DNA from: a virus
DNA length: 64,000 bases
Virus record (IMG/VR): IMGVR_UViG_3300043409_000680
Span: 1 to 64,000 of that record
Direction: 5' to 3' (one strand)
Below are positions 19,901 to 30,200 of this stretch, one piece after another. The position numbers were made by a program, and so were the translations under genes. The notes below the pieces were generated by a model. It saw only the letters and a list, made by a program, of their open reading frames with translations, was not told the origin of the DNA and did not search any database. Positions within the stretch are counted from its first letter, which is position 1, and every line of letters starts with the position of its first letter.

Positions 19901-20113
19901 ACTGTTCACAAAGATGAAATGATTCTTACTGCAAAAGAAGCAGAGAAAGTACGCAATGCTGTCTCCCCTTCTGGTGGGAGCACTGCTAATATTAACGTTA
20001 ATATGAAAGTTACTCTTAACAATTCTTCTCCACAACAAGCTCAACAACTTCTAGCCTTCTTTAAAAAGCAGTTGAAGGAAGAACTTAAAAGTGAAGGGTT
20101 AGGTATATTCTAA
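16934..20113 (+). CDS. Tape measure protein with M23 peptidase and lytic transglycosylase domains
   Basis: Ala/Gly-rich; HSGIDY..YGN..YAHL..GPHVHFE (M23); AVALAESGG..GMFQIN (SLT-like). Confidence 0.85.
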   Translation: MDNTGSSPSAAGNMITASDAGSLGFAVVDKSITSMNKGIFATLKNSQLIEKTWKSIHKFASMSARIFGITGRGGGASSLGMGAMPNTGPLSGQQKLGLAAGIGTTAAVAAPALFMGLMPNTMAAVTQRMAAETTAGVSGMAPRQMILGANKIIARGNGATSAYSPTMAASAMLYQGGVAFGSKGSKNIFGALSGLSALTGGTNEQIAGGYASWNSNNMFSLGIRTRDSKGEQRKPHEIINELWRVMYGGKKVTKEQVAIVFTPGSPSNLTVMNAANGSPEMFSVLANGLLAKATTSGEVRNLTAKSLASSGAALDLAGVPKNSIFRANFRNNTAQNKALGATEKGLSEGYMSAVNLNASATQNMAGFAQEIQGATDALMKFKGFLQTMPSTGGVGGGIASAVQTAGSFALQMAVMKKMMGGGPLFVGPKGGGGAKPSGLLGPNGMPLAAATTTAAGPGFMSFLTRGGKLTPTGVLGAGSVASKVGRAGLALGVYAGGEFLQKWLNKKGKNLPGWAKWAGNFAYDLGQGALTGLAAGGLPGAIAGTAAGGIGNLATGTGMGGDNPSAGSSSGGKTSGLTLQPPVKGPISSDFGPRQAAHDKNPEVSAKHSGIDYAVPVGTSVAAAGDGIVTETGLHRQYGNYVIIKHGRKSTLYAHLSKIMVGTGKRVKGGETIALSGGRKGSSGAGSSTGPHVHFEVRNNGGVAAQGRENPHGFFGQLVSSLKSAGTTGLNMIKKAVNTVTGKDIFSYSNTASNENPFDFSRTSDVIGINNTSIASAMKYAYRSGAPISFADIQGSTEGGGAGSYSFNAKIPGKNGEFINTNVNANVDPGINKVSGDKGGMGGGSRAGLIRLLYNAGFKGKALETAFAVALAESGGRTHAHNGVAPDDSYGMFQINMIGDLKGARLSKKWRSADGSKFKLSNVEDLYDPMLNAKVAYHMTKHGTNWSRWSTYTGGKFVEFLDDARTAAIKAKIPSYDVGTKRVPKDQIATVHKDEMILTAKEAEKVRNAVSPSGGSTANINVNMKVTLNNSSPQQAQQLLAFFKKQLKEELKSEGLGIF

Positions 20114-21636
20114 TGGCCTATGTGTATGACGTTACGGCTCGGGAGTATGATAATACAACCGCCACGCTAGGCGGCACTGCTTTAAATGGAAGCCCTAAAG
20201 TAAGCGTAAGCTCTGTAATTAGGTACATAGTTAAAATCTATGAATCAGATGGTACTACCAGATACAGTGGTACGGGTGTAAGTGTACATTGGGGAGTTGT
20301 TGCTAGTCAACCTAAAAATATTACTTGGGAAGATTATTTTAAGGTAAAAGGGATGCCGGATAATCTTAACTTTGTGGCAGATATTTCAGGTAAGGGCCCA
20401 TCTACAATAACCCCAACTTTTACAGTGGAAGTAAATGGAGACGCAGCTACTTTACAGGGATCAATTGCTACTCCTATCTTTACTTTAGCTACTGTTACTA
20501 CACTACCTACAGTACCAAGCCAAATTACCGCTGATTTAGTTGGTACTAACTCTTCTACAAAGGATGTTTACTATAATCCTTGTCCAGATGCGGTAAATAA
20601 TGTGTGGGCAGCGGATATTAAAACTTTATCTGGCCTTACCTATAACCATGTAATTAAGTTTTATAAAAAAGATGGAAGTGCTGGTGCTACAGCAATATCC
20701 TATGGAACAGAGTATCAAAGGGTTTTAAAATACCTTCTTGATTTTAAATCTGGAATTTTTTGCCCGTCAAATAGAAAAGCTATAACAGGATCTAGTTCTT
20801 TTAATACAACAGCCTATACTGGACCTAGATGGAATCCCCCTAATCATAAAGGCACACGTGGGGACTCCCATGGAGAACGTACAGCAGGTGGTCATGCAGC
20901 AAAAGATACGAGACTTGGATACATGTACTCTAATACAGATTATAAGAGCAGTACACTTAATAAGCCTGTTTTAATGTCAACCACTGGCAAATCTCCAATT
21001 GCTGAAAACGCTGCGTGGGGATTTAGATTTCATTATAATCCTGGTGACTTTAGTTATCAAACTTCTGTAATGGAGGGTTTAAATATAGAATCAATTCAAA
21101 AAGACCCTACTCTTATAGTACCTGGTAATACTAGTATTACTTTAGGTCTTGTATTAAACCGCCAATTAGATATGCACTTGCTGGACCCAGCAAACCCAGA
21201 ACGTTCTAAATGGGCTAGTCATTATGAAACAAGCTCTGTTCGTGGATCTTTGACAGAAGATCAATTAAATAACTTTTGGACTAGAGGTACGGAGTATGAT
21301 TTAGAGTTCTTTTATAGAATTGTGTCTGCTATGGAACCAACTAAACGAACTCTATTAACAAATGGGGATATTACTTCAGATCTTGGGTTTGTAACCGTAC
21401 AGCCCTTTTGGTTAACACTCCATGATAATATGAACTACTTTGTCAAGTTACAGAATATTAGTGTTTTTCATAGAGCATTTACAAAGAATATGGTTCCATA
21501 CTTAACTGAAGTTACTTTAACAATGACACGAATGATGACACCAGAGCTTAATGTTACAGACATTGTAAATAAAACTACTGTTTCATATGATCCTCGTTCT
21601 GGTTTAAAGGTAGATTTTAACGGAGGTACGCCATGA
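20113..21636 (+). CDS. Baseplate / tail tube initiator protein
   Basis: GFRFHYNP...F..NMVP...V..TM; follows the tape measure gene. Confidence 0.55.
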   Translation: MAYVYDVTAREYDNTTATLGGTALNGSPKVSVSSVIRYIVKIYESDGTTRYSGTGVSVHWGVVASQPKNITWEDYFKVKGMPDNLNFVADISGKGPSTITPTFTVEVNGDAATLQGSIATPIFTLATVTTLPTVPSQITADLVGTNSSTKDVYYNPCPDAVNNVWAADIKTLSGLTYNHVIKFYKKDGSAGATAISYGTEYQRVLKYLLDFKSGIFCPSNRKAITGSSSFNTTAYTGPRWNPPNHKGTRGDSHGERTAGGHAAKDTRLGYMYSNTDYKSSTLNKPVLMSTTGKSPIAENAAWGFRFHYNPGDFSYQTSVMEGLNIESIQKDPTLIVPGNTSITLGLVLNRQLDMHLLDPANPERSKWASHYETSSVRGSLTEDQLNNFWTRGTEYDLEFFYRIVSAMEPTKRTLLTNGDITSDLGFVTVQPFWLTLHDNMNYFVKLQNISVFHRAFTKNMVPYLTEVTLTMTRMMTPELNVTDIVNKTTVSYDPRSGLKVDFNGGTP

Positions 21637-21914
21637 TAACTAGACTTTCACGCTATTTTAATGGAAAGTTATTTCAACCAAAACACAAGTATACAAGTGT
21701 ACAAAATATTGTTGTAGACCGAACGTTTCCTTACTTTCAAAAAATAAGTTATCTTGATTACACCTGGATTTATGGAGATAGTTTAGGAGCATTAGCAGAA
21801 AAATATTTAGGGAATTCAAAGCTATGGTGGAGAATTATGGAGATTAATCAAGAGATTAGTGATCCATTCTCTATAGCTCCCGGCACTGTAATTAGGATTC
21901 CATATGGCTCTTGA
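21633..21914 (+). CDS. LysM-domain baseplate protein (gpX/gp53-like)
   Basis: GDSL..LAEKYLG...WWRI...N..I.DP..I.PG..IRIP. Confidence 0.85.
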   Translation: MITRLSRYFNGKLFQPKHKYTSVQNIVVDRTFPYFQKISYLDYTWIYGDSLGALAEKYLGNSKLWWRIMEINQEISDPFSIAPGTVIRIPYGS

Positions 21915-22743
21915 TCCAAAACTTGCTGCCAAGATTACCGTAACTGATGCGGATGATAGTGCTTTTGCTGTTGAATTTCCTAAATCACCTGATATTCAGT
22001 TTTTCTTAGTAAGTGCTAACTTGCATCAAGCTGCCGAAAGACATGAACGCCTTACTCTATACTTTAAAGGTGTTCCAACAGATCAAACTATGTCAATAGC
22101 TGCAGATGACCCTGTAATTTTTAAATACAGACGTGGTTTAGAGAGCGCTACTTTTAACGGCTATGTTCACAGTATCACACAGGAAAACACTCAAAATAAT
22201 AATGAGACCTCTGTGACTTGTGTAGGCGCAACATACTATATGAAAGACACAGATCAGCAAATCTATAAGAATGTTAGCGCTGATCAAGTTGTATCAAAAA
22301 TTGCAAGGAAATACGGGTTTACACCAATTACTCAAATACACCCTAGAAAGAGAAAATCTATTGTTCAAGCTGGATTAACCGACTGGCAAATGCTTACTAG
22401 CCTTGCTAGACAAACTGGTTATGCCCTATATTCATCTAATACATTTCTTGTCTTTATGTCTAAGGACAAGATTTATAATGATAAAAAAGTTAACGCCCCA
22501 TACTTTTTTTATGTATCAGAAGAAGATGCTCCTACTACACCTTTTGGATTGCGTATGTACGGAACTATTCTTAATTATACTATTGAAGTATCAGATCAAT
22601 CACCAGAGTCAGGAAGAGTAGTTGATCGAGTTCTTACTGGACGCAACAATCTTACAGGCACTGCTATTAAAGACACAATAGTATACACAAAACCTGCTTC
22701 TGGAACAAGTGCTGCTATACCTGGGGAGACTTACTTTGAATAA
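21904..22743 (+). CDS. Baseplate hub (gpD/gp27-like), N-terminal part
   Basis: FNGYV, V.KIARKYG, Q.G.TDWQ.L..LA..G. Confidence 0.75.
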   Translation: MALDPKLAAKITVTDADDSAFAVEFPKSPDIQFFLVSANLHQAAERHERLTLYFKGVPTDQTMSIAADDPVIFKYRRGLESATFNGYVHSITQENTQNNNETSVTCVGATYYMKDTDQQIYKNVSADQVVSKIARKYGFTPITQIHPRKRKSIVQAGLTDWQMLTSLARQTGYALYSSNTFLVFMSKDKIYNDKKVNAPYFFYVSEEDAPTTPFGLRMYGTILNYTIEVSDQSPESGRVVDRVLTGRNNLTGTAIKDTIVYTKPASGTSAAIPGETYFE

Positions 22744-24004
22744 ATCTCCTTTTACAAATGTCTTACCTAATGCTACGCCAAAGGCAAAGTTTAAACGGCA
22801 TCAAGTTCATGAGGTCATTGATAACTTAAGTGATGCTAGGCATATAGGTAGAGACTACGCTTTAGCTACTAGATACACTCACCGTATGTTAGTAACTATT
22901 GCCGCTTCTCCTAATATTCGCCCTTACGACCCAATTTACCTAGACGGTTTATTAAATGGTTTATCAGGATATTGGACAGTATTAGAAGTTCAACATCTTT
23001 TTAACTCTCCACAAGCTAACTACACTATGAAACTACTAGTGGGAGCAGATGTACTTGGTGATGTCAACCCAAATGCTGGGGAAGCTTCTCAATTAAGAAA
23101 CCTAAATGATTCTTTAATAAACCAAAATATCACAGAAAGCGCCTCTACTTTACTAGACACTTCCTTTAGTACTCCAGTAGATGCTGCTAACACATCTTCT
23201 TTATCTTTAATCACTAGTGATGTAGTTGCTCCTGTGGGGATGTTTATGATTAGTAGTACCCCTACCACTGAACTGGTTTCAACACCTACACCTGATTTCT
23301 CTATTGTTAAACGCCCAGTTTCCTGGCAAAGCCCTACACAAACAACTCTTACAACAACACCAACAGCCTCTGCGATGCCTAGCACATCTGCTACGGCAAC
23401 AGTACCGACTCTTACAAGCGTATCTGCCGTAGTCAATACCGGTACAACCTATAATGCCGGCACAGTAACAGTAACTGTAGCCCCACAGACTACTGGTGGC
23501 TCAGACATTACCCTATACACCGTTACGACTACACCTACAACAAGCACATTTACAAGCACTACCTCAACTGTTACTGTTACTGGCCTGTCTTCTAATACTT
23601 CATATGTATTTAAAGGCAAGGCAACTAACGCAGTAGGTAACTCGACTATCCTTTCAAGCTCTAATACATTAGTAACAACTACGCCTCAGGCACCTACTAT
23701 TGGTGCAGCTACTAAGATTAATGGGACTACGGTGACCGTAGCCTACACCGCAGGAAACACAGGGGGCTCTGCAATAACTGGATACACTGTGGTATCAAGC
23801 CCAAGCGTGAGTGGACTTATAGTTACTGGGGGATCTGGTATACTGAGTGTGTCTGGGGCATTTGCTAAAAATACGTCGTATACTTTTACCGTTGCTGCAG
23901 TAAATGCAAACGGCACGGGGGCGTATAGTGGCTCTTCTAATGCAGTTACAGGATTAGGGTCATCTAGTATGACCAACGCTAAAGTTTACTTTATGAAGGG
24001 ATAG
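22736..24004 (+). CDS. Baseplate hub C-terminal part fused to a Thr-rich linker and two Fn3 domains
   Basis: TTG start with GGGGAG RBS; IRPYDPIYLDG..SGYW.V..V.H (gpD C-terminus); two Fn3 repeats. Confidence 0.65.
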   Translation: MNKSPFTNVLPNATPKAKFKRHQVHEVIDNLSDARHIGRDYALATRYTHRMLVTIAASPNIRPYDPIYLDGLLNGLSGYWTVLEVQHLFNSPQANYTMKLLVGADVLGDVNPNAGEASQLRNLNDSLINQNITESASTLLDTSFSTPVDAANTSSLSLITSDVVAPVGMFMISSTPTTELVSTPTPDFSIVKRPVSWQSPTQTTLTTTPTASAMPSTSATATVPTLTSVSAVVNTGTTYNAGTVTVTVAPQTTGGSDITLYTVTTTPTTSTFTSTTSTVTVTGLSSNTSYVFKGKATNAVGNSTILSSSNTLVTTTPQAPTIGAATKINGTTVTVAYTAGNTGGSAITGYTVVSSPSVSGLIVTGGSGILSVSGAFAKNTSYTFTVAAVNANGTGAYSGSSNAVTGLGSSSMTNAKVYFMKG

Positions 24005-24007
24005 AAG

Positions 24008-24337
24008 ATGGCTAGCGGACTTTTAGGAAAAGCTATACCGGCTCTTAATACGTGGAATAACGTATACACCGTTCCAACAGGAACATTAGCTAGTATAAGC
24101 ATTAATGCGTGTAATCAGTCAACTACTGTTCCGGCAACCATTGATATAGTAATTTCTACCTCCTCTACTTTAGGAGGAATAACAACTAGCGAATATCTAA
24201 TGGCTGCTACTGCTCTACCTGTATCCTCGGTAATTGAGCGTAGCGGTCTTGTTACTGATGATGTAAACGGAAAATACGTTTGGGTCAGGGCGTCTACTGC
24301 AAACGTATCATTTCAAGTATACGGGTATGAGGAGTAA
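24008..24337 (+). CDS. Small virion protein (paralog of 9781..10107)
   Basis: GLLGKA.PA..VYTVP...SINACNQ...SFQVYGYEE. Confidence 0.65.
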   Translation: MASGLLGKAIPALNTWNNVYTVPTGTLASISINACNQSTTVPATIDIVISTSSTLGGITTSEYLMAATALPVSSVIERSGLVTDDVNGKYVWVRASTANVSFQVYGYEE

Positions 24338-24339
24338 AA

Positions 24340-24777
24340 ATGAATGAGCTTGAATATAACCTAGATCCTCAAGGCCGTATACGTTTTCCCGGAGTATATT
24401 CTGCTAAAGTTATTTCTATTAACGACCCTTTAAATAAAAGCCGTATTCAAGTAACAGTTGACCAGCCTACTGGTTCAAAGGTAACCTCTTGGGCACAGGC
24501 TTGTTTACCCGTTCATCAAAACGCTATTCACCCTGATCACAACCCCCACTTAGCTACTTTTACTACCACTTCTGCTGGAGATCCCTCTCATACCCATAGC
24601 GTAACAGTATCTTTTGATAACCATGCCCACGTAGCCTCAACAGATCCCCAAGAAACTGATACCGTGAACGAGCATACAGCACACCGAATTATCCCTAGAA
24701 TAGGACAATTAGTATGGGTCATGTTTATAGCAGGAGACCCTGATCACCCAGTCTGGATAGGAGTGCAGCATGACTAA
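24340..24777 (+). CDS. Baseplate spike OB-fold protein (gp5/gpV N-terminal type) with His-rich insert
   Basis: GVYSAKV...DP....RIQV...WA..C...P.IGQLVWVMF.AGDP..PVWIG. Confidence 0.8.
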   Translation: MNELEYNLDPQGRIRFPGVYSAKVISINDPLNKSRIQVTVDQPTGSKVTSWAQACLPVHQNAIHPDHNPHLATFTTTSAGDPSHTHSVTVSFDNHAHVASTDPQETDTVNEHTAHRIIPRIGQLVWVMFIAGDPDHPVWIGVQHD

Positions 24778-25162
24778 AGCGATAAACTTTCCGTTTAACT
24801 TTAGAGGCAATGGCACACTTATTGAAACTGAGGACATAGCTAAGATTTATGTAGACAGAGTACTGACACTCTTGTCTACAAATACCGGTCAGCGCCCCAT
24901 GGCTCAAACCTATGGCACAGACCTTTCTGAGGCGTTATTTGAAAATGATAACAAATTAGAAGCAGCTGTAAAGGAAGCGGTTACCTCTTCTTTAAATAGA
25001 TGGATTCCAGAGGTTGTGGCAGAGGAAATCATAGTCGGAATGCCTGATGAAACAGGCATTGCTGAAGTAGATATTCGGTTGCGTTTACCAAATAACGTAA
25101 CTACAGCTGTACAGATAAACACTGCTATTTTCTATGCTGACGGGAAGATTACACAACAATGA
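24770..25162 (+). CDS. Baseplate wedge gp25/gpW-like protein
   Basis: LL.T..GQRPM...YGT.L...LFE; RWIPEV. Confidence 0.85.
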   Translation: MTKAINFPFNFRGNGTLIETEDIAKIYVDRVLTLLSTNTGQRPMAQTYGTDLSEALFENDNKLEAAVKEAVTSSLNRWIPEVVAEEIIVGMPDETGIAEVDIRLRLPNNVTTAVQINTAIFYADGKITQQ

Positions 25163-26697
25163 CCAAATATCAGATTGACTACACCTCTAGAGACTTTGAG
25201 TCTATTAAAGCTGATCTAATTAAGATCATTAACTACCGCACCAATAATGAGTGGGATTTGAATGACCCATCAGATTTGGGAGCAATTCTTATTGAGTCAT
25301 TTGCTTATATGGGCGATATGGTTTCCTACTATATTGATCGTGTTGCAAATGAGTCCTCTGTTATGACGGCTACAAAAGAAGAAAACCTTCTTAACTTTGC
25401 AACTCTTTATGGGTATAAACCATCTGGTCCTACATCAGCTACCGCAGACGTGACATTTACTAATATTGGAATAGCAAATATCGATATTCCTGTTGGAACT
25501 CAGGTTATTGGAAAGATCAACTATAACTCTTATACTGAAATTTATTTTGAAACTATTAACTCTGCCATTGGTCTTTTACCTGGTCAGAGCGTAACTCTTA
25601 CTTGTCAAGAAGGTAAAACAGTAAATACTGATCGTCCTGATCTTATTGACCCAACAACAAATAAAGCCTTGCCAATTTCCTTAGGTACTTCCTCAGGAGC
25701 AGCTAATCAAGAGCTATCTCTCATTGATCTTAATGTTGTTGATACATCCTTAAAAGTGTACGTAGGACAAGGCTCAGCATTTGTTGGTTGGACCTATGTA
25801 GATTCCTTACTAGATCATGGTCCTGGGGAGACAGTATTTACCACCCGCCGTAACTCTGATGGAACTGTTGTTGTTATCTTTGGAGATAGCGTTAATGGCG
25901 CTATTCCTCAAGCAAATGCTTTAATTAGTGCTGTGTATAAAGTAAGCGCTGGCTTTGTAGGAAATATTGGAAGTAACGTTCTTGCTGAAGTTACTTACCT
26001 TCCAGGAAATACAAATTCAGAAGCGGTTACTTATCTTGAGGTTAATAACTCTGAAGCGGCTTATGGCGGAGCAGATGCGGACTCTTTTGACCAGTTACGA
26101 ACAAAAATCAAAGCCGCTATTGCTACAAAAAGACGTGCAATCACTCTTATTGACTATGAGTATCTGGCTTCTTTAGTTCCACAAGTAGGAAAAGTAAAGG
26201 CAGATTCTTCTGTTTATAGCTCTGTACAGATTTACTTACAGACTCAAAATGATGGAAGTACCACCCCTGGAATTGTTAACAACGTTACTACTACTGTATG
26301 GGAAGATATCGCTACAAATATTTCTAGCTTTTTATCTGATAAGATTCCTGCAGGAACAACAGTGTCAGTTCTTCCCCCTACATATTCTCCTATTTATTTA
26401 GATTTAAATATTACTATAGATAACGCGTACAAGCAAGCAACTGTAAAGCAAGATGTATATCGAGGACTTATCGGTTCAGAGGGACTATTTTCATATGACA
26501 TGAATACCTTTGGCAGATCAATTACGTTATCCAGTGTAATTTCAAAGATTTCAGCAATTCCTGGAGTGACAGATGTTGAGATTACCCGTATGGATACTGG
26601 GTATGCTATTGTATTAGGCAATATAAACCTAGCTGTTGGGGAAATTGGATACCTTATTCCAGGCAATATAACCTTAACATCTACAGGGGGAATGTAA
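25159..26697 (+). CDS. Baseplate wedge J/gp6-like protein
   Basis: DYTSRDF, YYIDR.ANE, FGD..NG.IP, GGADA, RAIT..DY. Confidence 0.9.
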   Translation: MTKYQIDYTSRDFESIKADLIKIINYRTNNEWDLNDPSDLGAILIESFAYMGDMVSYYIDRVANESSVMTATKEENLLNFATLYGYKPSGPTSATADVTFTNIGIANIDIPVGTQVIGKINYNSYTEIYFETINSAIGLLPGQSVTLTCQEGKTVNTDRPDLIDPTTNKALPISLGTSSGAANQELSLIDLNVVDTSLKVYVGQGSAFVGWTYVDSLLDHGPGETVFTTRRNSDGTVVVIFGDSVNGAIPQANALISAVYKVSAGFVGNIGSNVLAEVTYLPGNTNSEAVTYLEVNNSEAAYGGADADSFDQLRTKIKAAIATKRRAITLIDYEYLASLVPQVGKVKADSSVYSSVQIYLQTQNDGSTTPGIVNNVTTTVWEDIATNISSFLSDKIPAGTTVSVLPPTYSPIYLDLNITIDNAYKQATVKQDVYRGLIGSEGLFSYDMNTFGRSITLSSVISKISAIPGVTDVEITRMDTGYAIVLGNINLAVGEIGYLIPGNITLTSTGGM

Positions 26698-26730
26698 TAA
26701 TGATCATCTATAGAACGATAAGGAACTAAT

Positions 26731-27288
26731 ATGGTAGCCCAATTTCCAACACAGGTAAGAGTTTTTTCTAATAAAAAAGACTTAACTAATACTGTTATGG
26801 CAGATCACGTAAACGCTCTGCAAGAAGAAGTAACAGCGATAGAAAACACACTTACTACTGATATCCTAACTTCTACCTATACTGGGGCTTTTGTTGCTAC
26901 TACGGCTTGGACTACTTTACAGCAAAGACTGGTAAACATTGAAAAAGGTCTTGTTAATGGAGTACCTAATTCTCCATATGTAAGAACTGCTGGTGGCAGT
27001 ACTCTAGCAAATAGTAGCGGTTTCGTAGGACTTAGCCTATCTACTAGTACTGGAACCAATAACTTAATATCAGCATTTGCATATGAGAATATTCCTGGGT
27101 TTAATGCTGGGGCATTAACATTTAACCTTAACTATAATGGTATTCCAAAAGTAGGTACTGGAAATGTACTTTATGTAGGTGGAATGGACTATAATGCTTT
27201 ATTAGCGTTAATAGCTGCGGCTCAAAACACAGCAGATTCTGCAATAATTTCGGGAGCTATCCACCCATTTGTATTATCAGGTATGTGA
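26731..27288 (+). CDS. Tail/baseplate-associated protein
   Basis: A.HVNALQEEV.AIE motif; position. Confidence 0.55.
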   Translation: MVAQFPTQVRVFSNKKDLTNTVMADHVNALQEEVTAIENTLTTDILTSTYTGAFVATTAWTTLQQRLVNIEKGLVNGVPNSPYVRTAGGSTLANSSGFVGLSLSTSTGTNNLISAFAYENIPGFNAGALTFNLNYNGIPKVGTGNVLYVGGMDYNALLALIAAAQNTADSAIISGAIHPFVLSGM

Positions 27289-27296
27289 TATAAAAA

Positions 27297-30200
27297 ATGG
27301 CAAAATATTCATATGATAAGTATGGTAATTTTATATACGGAGAATCAAATCCGGAAACAAGCCCATACTATCAAGCTAATATAGTTGCAGAGTCGGTAGA
27401 CTATAATACTATTAGAATTTTGTGGCAACCTATAAGCCCAAATCCTGTAATTGGTACCCCTACCTGTTGGGCTTTAGTAAAAACATTTACTGGAAAACCA
27501 GATGATCCATATGATGGTCGTATTGTTATTGCAGATTCTATGGAAAGATATCAAACTTCATGGGTAGAAACCTTTGTAAATACTACTGATATAGAGATTA
27601 ACTACTCTGTATGGGTATTTACTGAAGGATATGGTTGGACATTTTGTGGTAGTGCAAATGCACTTATTATTGCAAAGACTACTACTCCAGATTTAGTATC
27701 TAAATGGATACCTCGTGCATGGCAAAATGATAAAGAAGGTGTTGGAGATTCTGTAGGCGAGTACGAACTACAAGATCTTATGACAGCGATTACTGCGTAC
27801 TCAATTGAATATGACAAATTTCGTTTAATGTCAAAAATGCTAGAAAAGGTAAATACTTCCAAGTATATTACTAATAACTATGCTTCTACTAAACTATTAG
27901 ATTTTGGCTTTTCTTATGAGCCTAATTTGGGTGACCCTTACTATCGAACTTTAGCTATTTCTGGTGAAAAAATTAACAGCCTTAAGGGAACAACAGAAGG
28001 TATTTCTCAATACATAACTGCTCTTACCCACATACAAAACAAAATAGAAATTGGCCATAACTTAATTCTTGACTACAATGACTCCTCTTTTGAAGAGAGC
28101 ACTGGTAGATGGGGACCCAATATTGCTTGGACAACCTATACGATAGAAGGCATTACCCCTCCTTCCCCAAATCTTTATGATATTGAAGCATTGCCTAGAT
28201 CAGTAGGTTTAGGAAAAGTAACGTCAGGATCAAATTTAGTATTGGAACTTCCTTATTTACCATTAGCTACAACAATAGGTGGAGTTATTGATGGGTATTC
28301 CCAAATGATTCCAGTAAATCCAGGAACTAGGTATATATTTACTGGGTGGATTAAATCTGCTTCCTCATTTTCAATTCGAACAGAAATTCAATGGTATAAC
28401 TCTAAAGGACAGGGTATTTCTACCACTCCAGTTAATTCTACTACTACTATTGCTGCAGGTAGTTGGACAGAGTTTAAGTCAGTATCTGATGCATATAGAA
28501 ATGGTCAAATAGCGCCACCTGGTGCAAGATTTGCTTTAATTTCCCTTAGTACTACGGGAGCATATCCAACTTTTTATATAGACATGTGTCAGTTCTGTGA
28601 ATGGCAGCACAGCCTTTCATATGAAGACCCAAGACTTATTAAAATTTACCTTCGTGGACAAGAAGAAAACTTACTGCTTAATTCGTCTTTTAAAGAGGGT
28701 ATTGGTGGTTGGTTTGGAAAAAATGTTCAGCTAACTCATGACCAAAGCTCTGGATCTGGTTCTTTAGGAATATATCCTCTTGAAACAATACAACCTTGGG
28801 GATATTGGAATCAAATAAGTTCATTAATTCCTTATACAGGATCAATTGTTTGGTCAGATTGGGTGGAAGTAGACCCTGGCATTTCTTATACTTTTAGTAT
28901 TAATAAAGATCAAAATCTTACAAACAAAATTATATTGGGTATTGAATTTTCTAACGTTAGCAGTGAAGAAAATCAATCCTATGTTACTTTACTTGGCGAT
29001 ACTCTTTACTATGATAGTTTTGAAACAGCAAACAAAAATAAACTTGAGGAACTATTTTATGATGTAACTACTCATACTATTAAAGCTTCTCCAAATGTTT
29101 TTTTTCAAGCTGGTGATTCTGTAACTATTATTGGTGCTAGTAACGCACTATTTAATGGAACTTGGACGGTTTCTAGTGCTGACACAACAGGTTTTTACAT
29201 AAATAACGTATATTATGCTATTAATGCTAATTTACTTGAAGTTACTAATGCATATGCTGTCGGCACTACAAAAATTTACGGTAATGTTAATGAAGAGGTA
29301 TATCGTTATAATAATGAGATATCTCCGGATACTACATCTGTTACGGCAGTCGCCCCACCCAAGACAAAAGATTCTGGAAAACCATACGCTCGTGTGTACA
29401 TGCTTGGTGTTAATCAGTATGAATATCTAACTATAAAAAATGCTAGGTTTGCCCCTACTCTTATTGAAGACCGTAGTCAAGTAAAGGGTGATATTGTTTC
29501 ACTTAATCCAACGTATAATACTATTTATTTTGATGGTAACGGAAATGATCCAGACGATATAGTTACTGGTTTTGATCCTATAACTACTCAATATTTTAAT
29601 ACAGAAGGCTGTTTTTGGGAAACATCTAAGCGATATAACTTTGTTAACAATTCTAATTTTGAAACTAACATTACTGGATGGTCTGCTGTAGGAAGTAGCG
29701 TACTATCTAGCAACACATCCTCTGGATATAGTGGAACAAAATCTCTTAAGGTAACTGGTAGCTCAGGAAGTGCTGGTGGAGCAACTACTACGGTTTATCT
29801 TCCATATCCTGCAGTTGGTGGAGAATCTGTAGCTATCTCAGCTTATGTAAAAGGTGCGTTAGGAACATTTTCTATAACAAGCCCAGATGCAAATGCTTTT
29901 CCTTATTCAGGAGATAAGTCTTTTTATTTAGACGCAACTCAAGCAACCTCATGGACAAGAATTGATAATGTTATTACATTAAATCAAAACCAAACTAGTT
30001 TTACATTAAATGTCAACTCTGTTCTTGATTCTGGCTCTACTATTTATAGTATTGATGCAGTACAGGCTGAGTGGGGTCAGGTGCCATCACACTTTATTAC
30101 ACTAACTGATCCTGGAACTTTTTCTTTCCCTAATCCAAATCAGACATCTAATACACTATGGTCTGCTTATAATCAAAATATTAATAACGGTAAAAGCTCA

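Noticed and set aside
22720-22745. Possible +1 frameshift at TTT GAA TAA joining the two hub ORFs
   Set aside because: TTG 22736 has a well-spaced GGGGAG RBS, so independent initiation is the simpler explanation.
3544-23976. Long antisense or alternate-frame ORFs in the track (e.g. 8614..9237, 16028..16606, 17455..17985)
   Set aside because: They are shadows of Thr/Gly/Ala-rich + strand genes, with no RBS or recognisable motifs.
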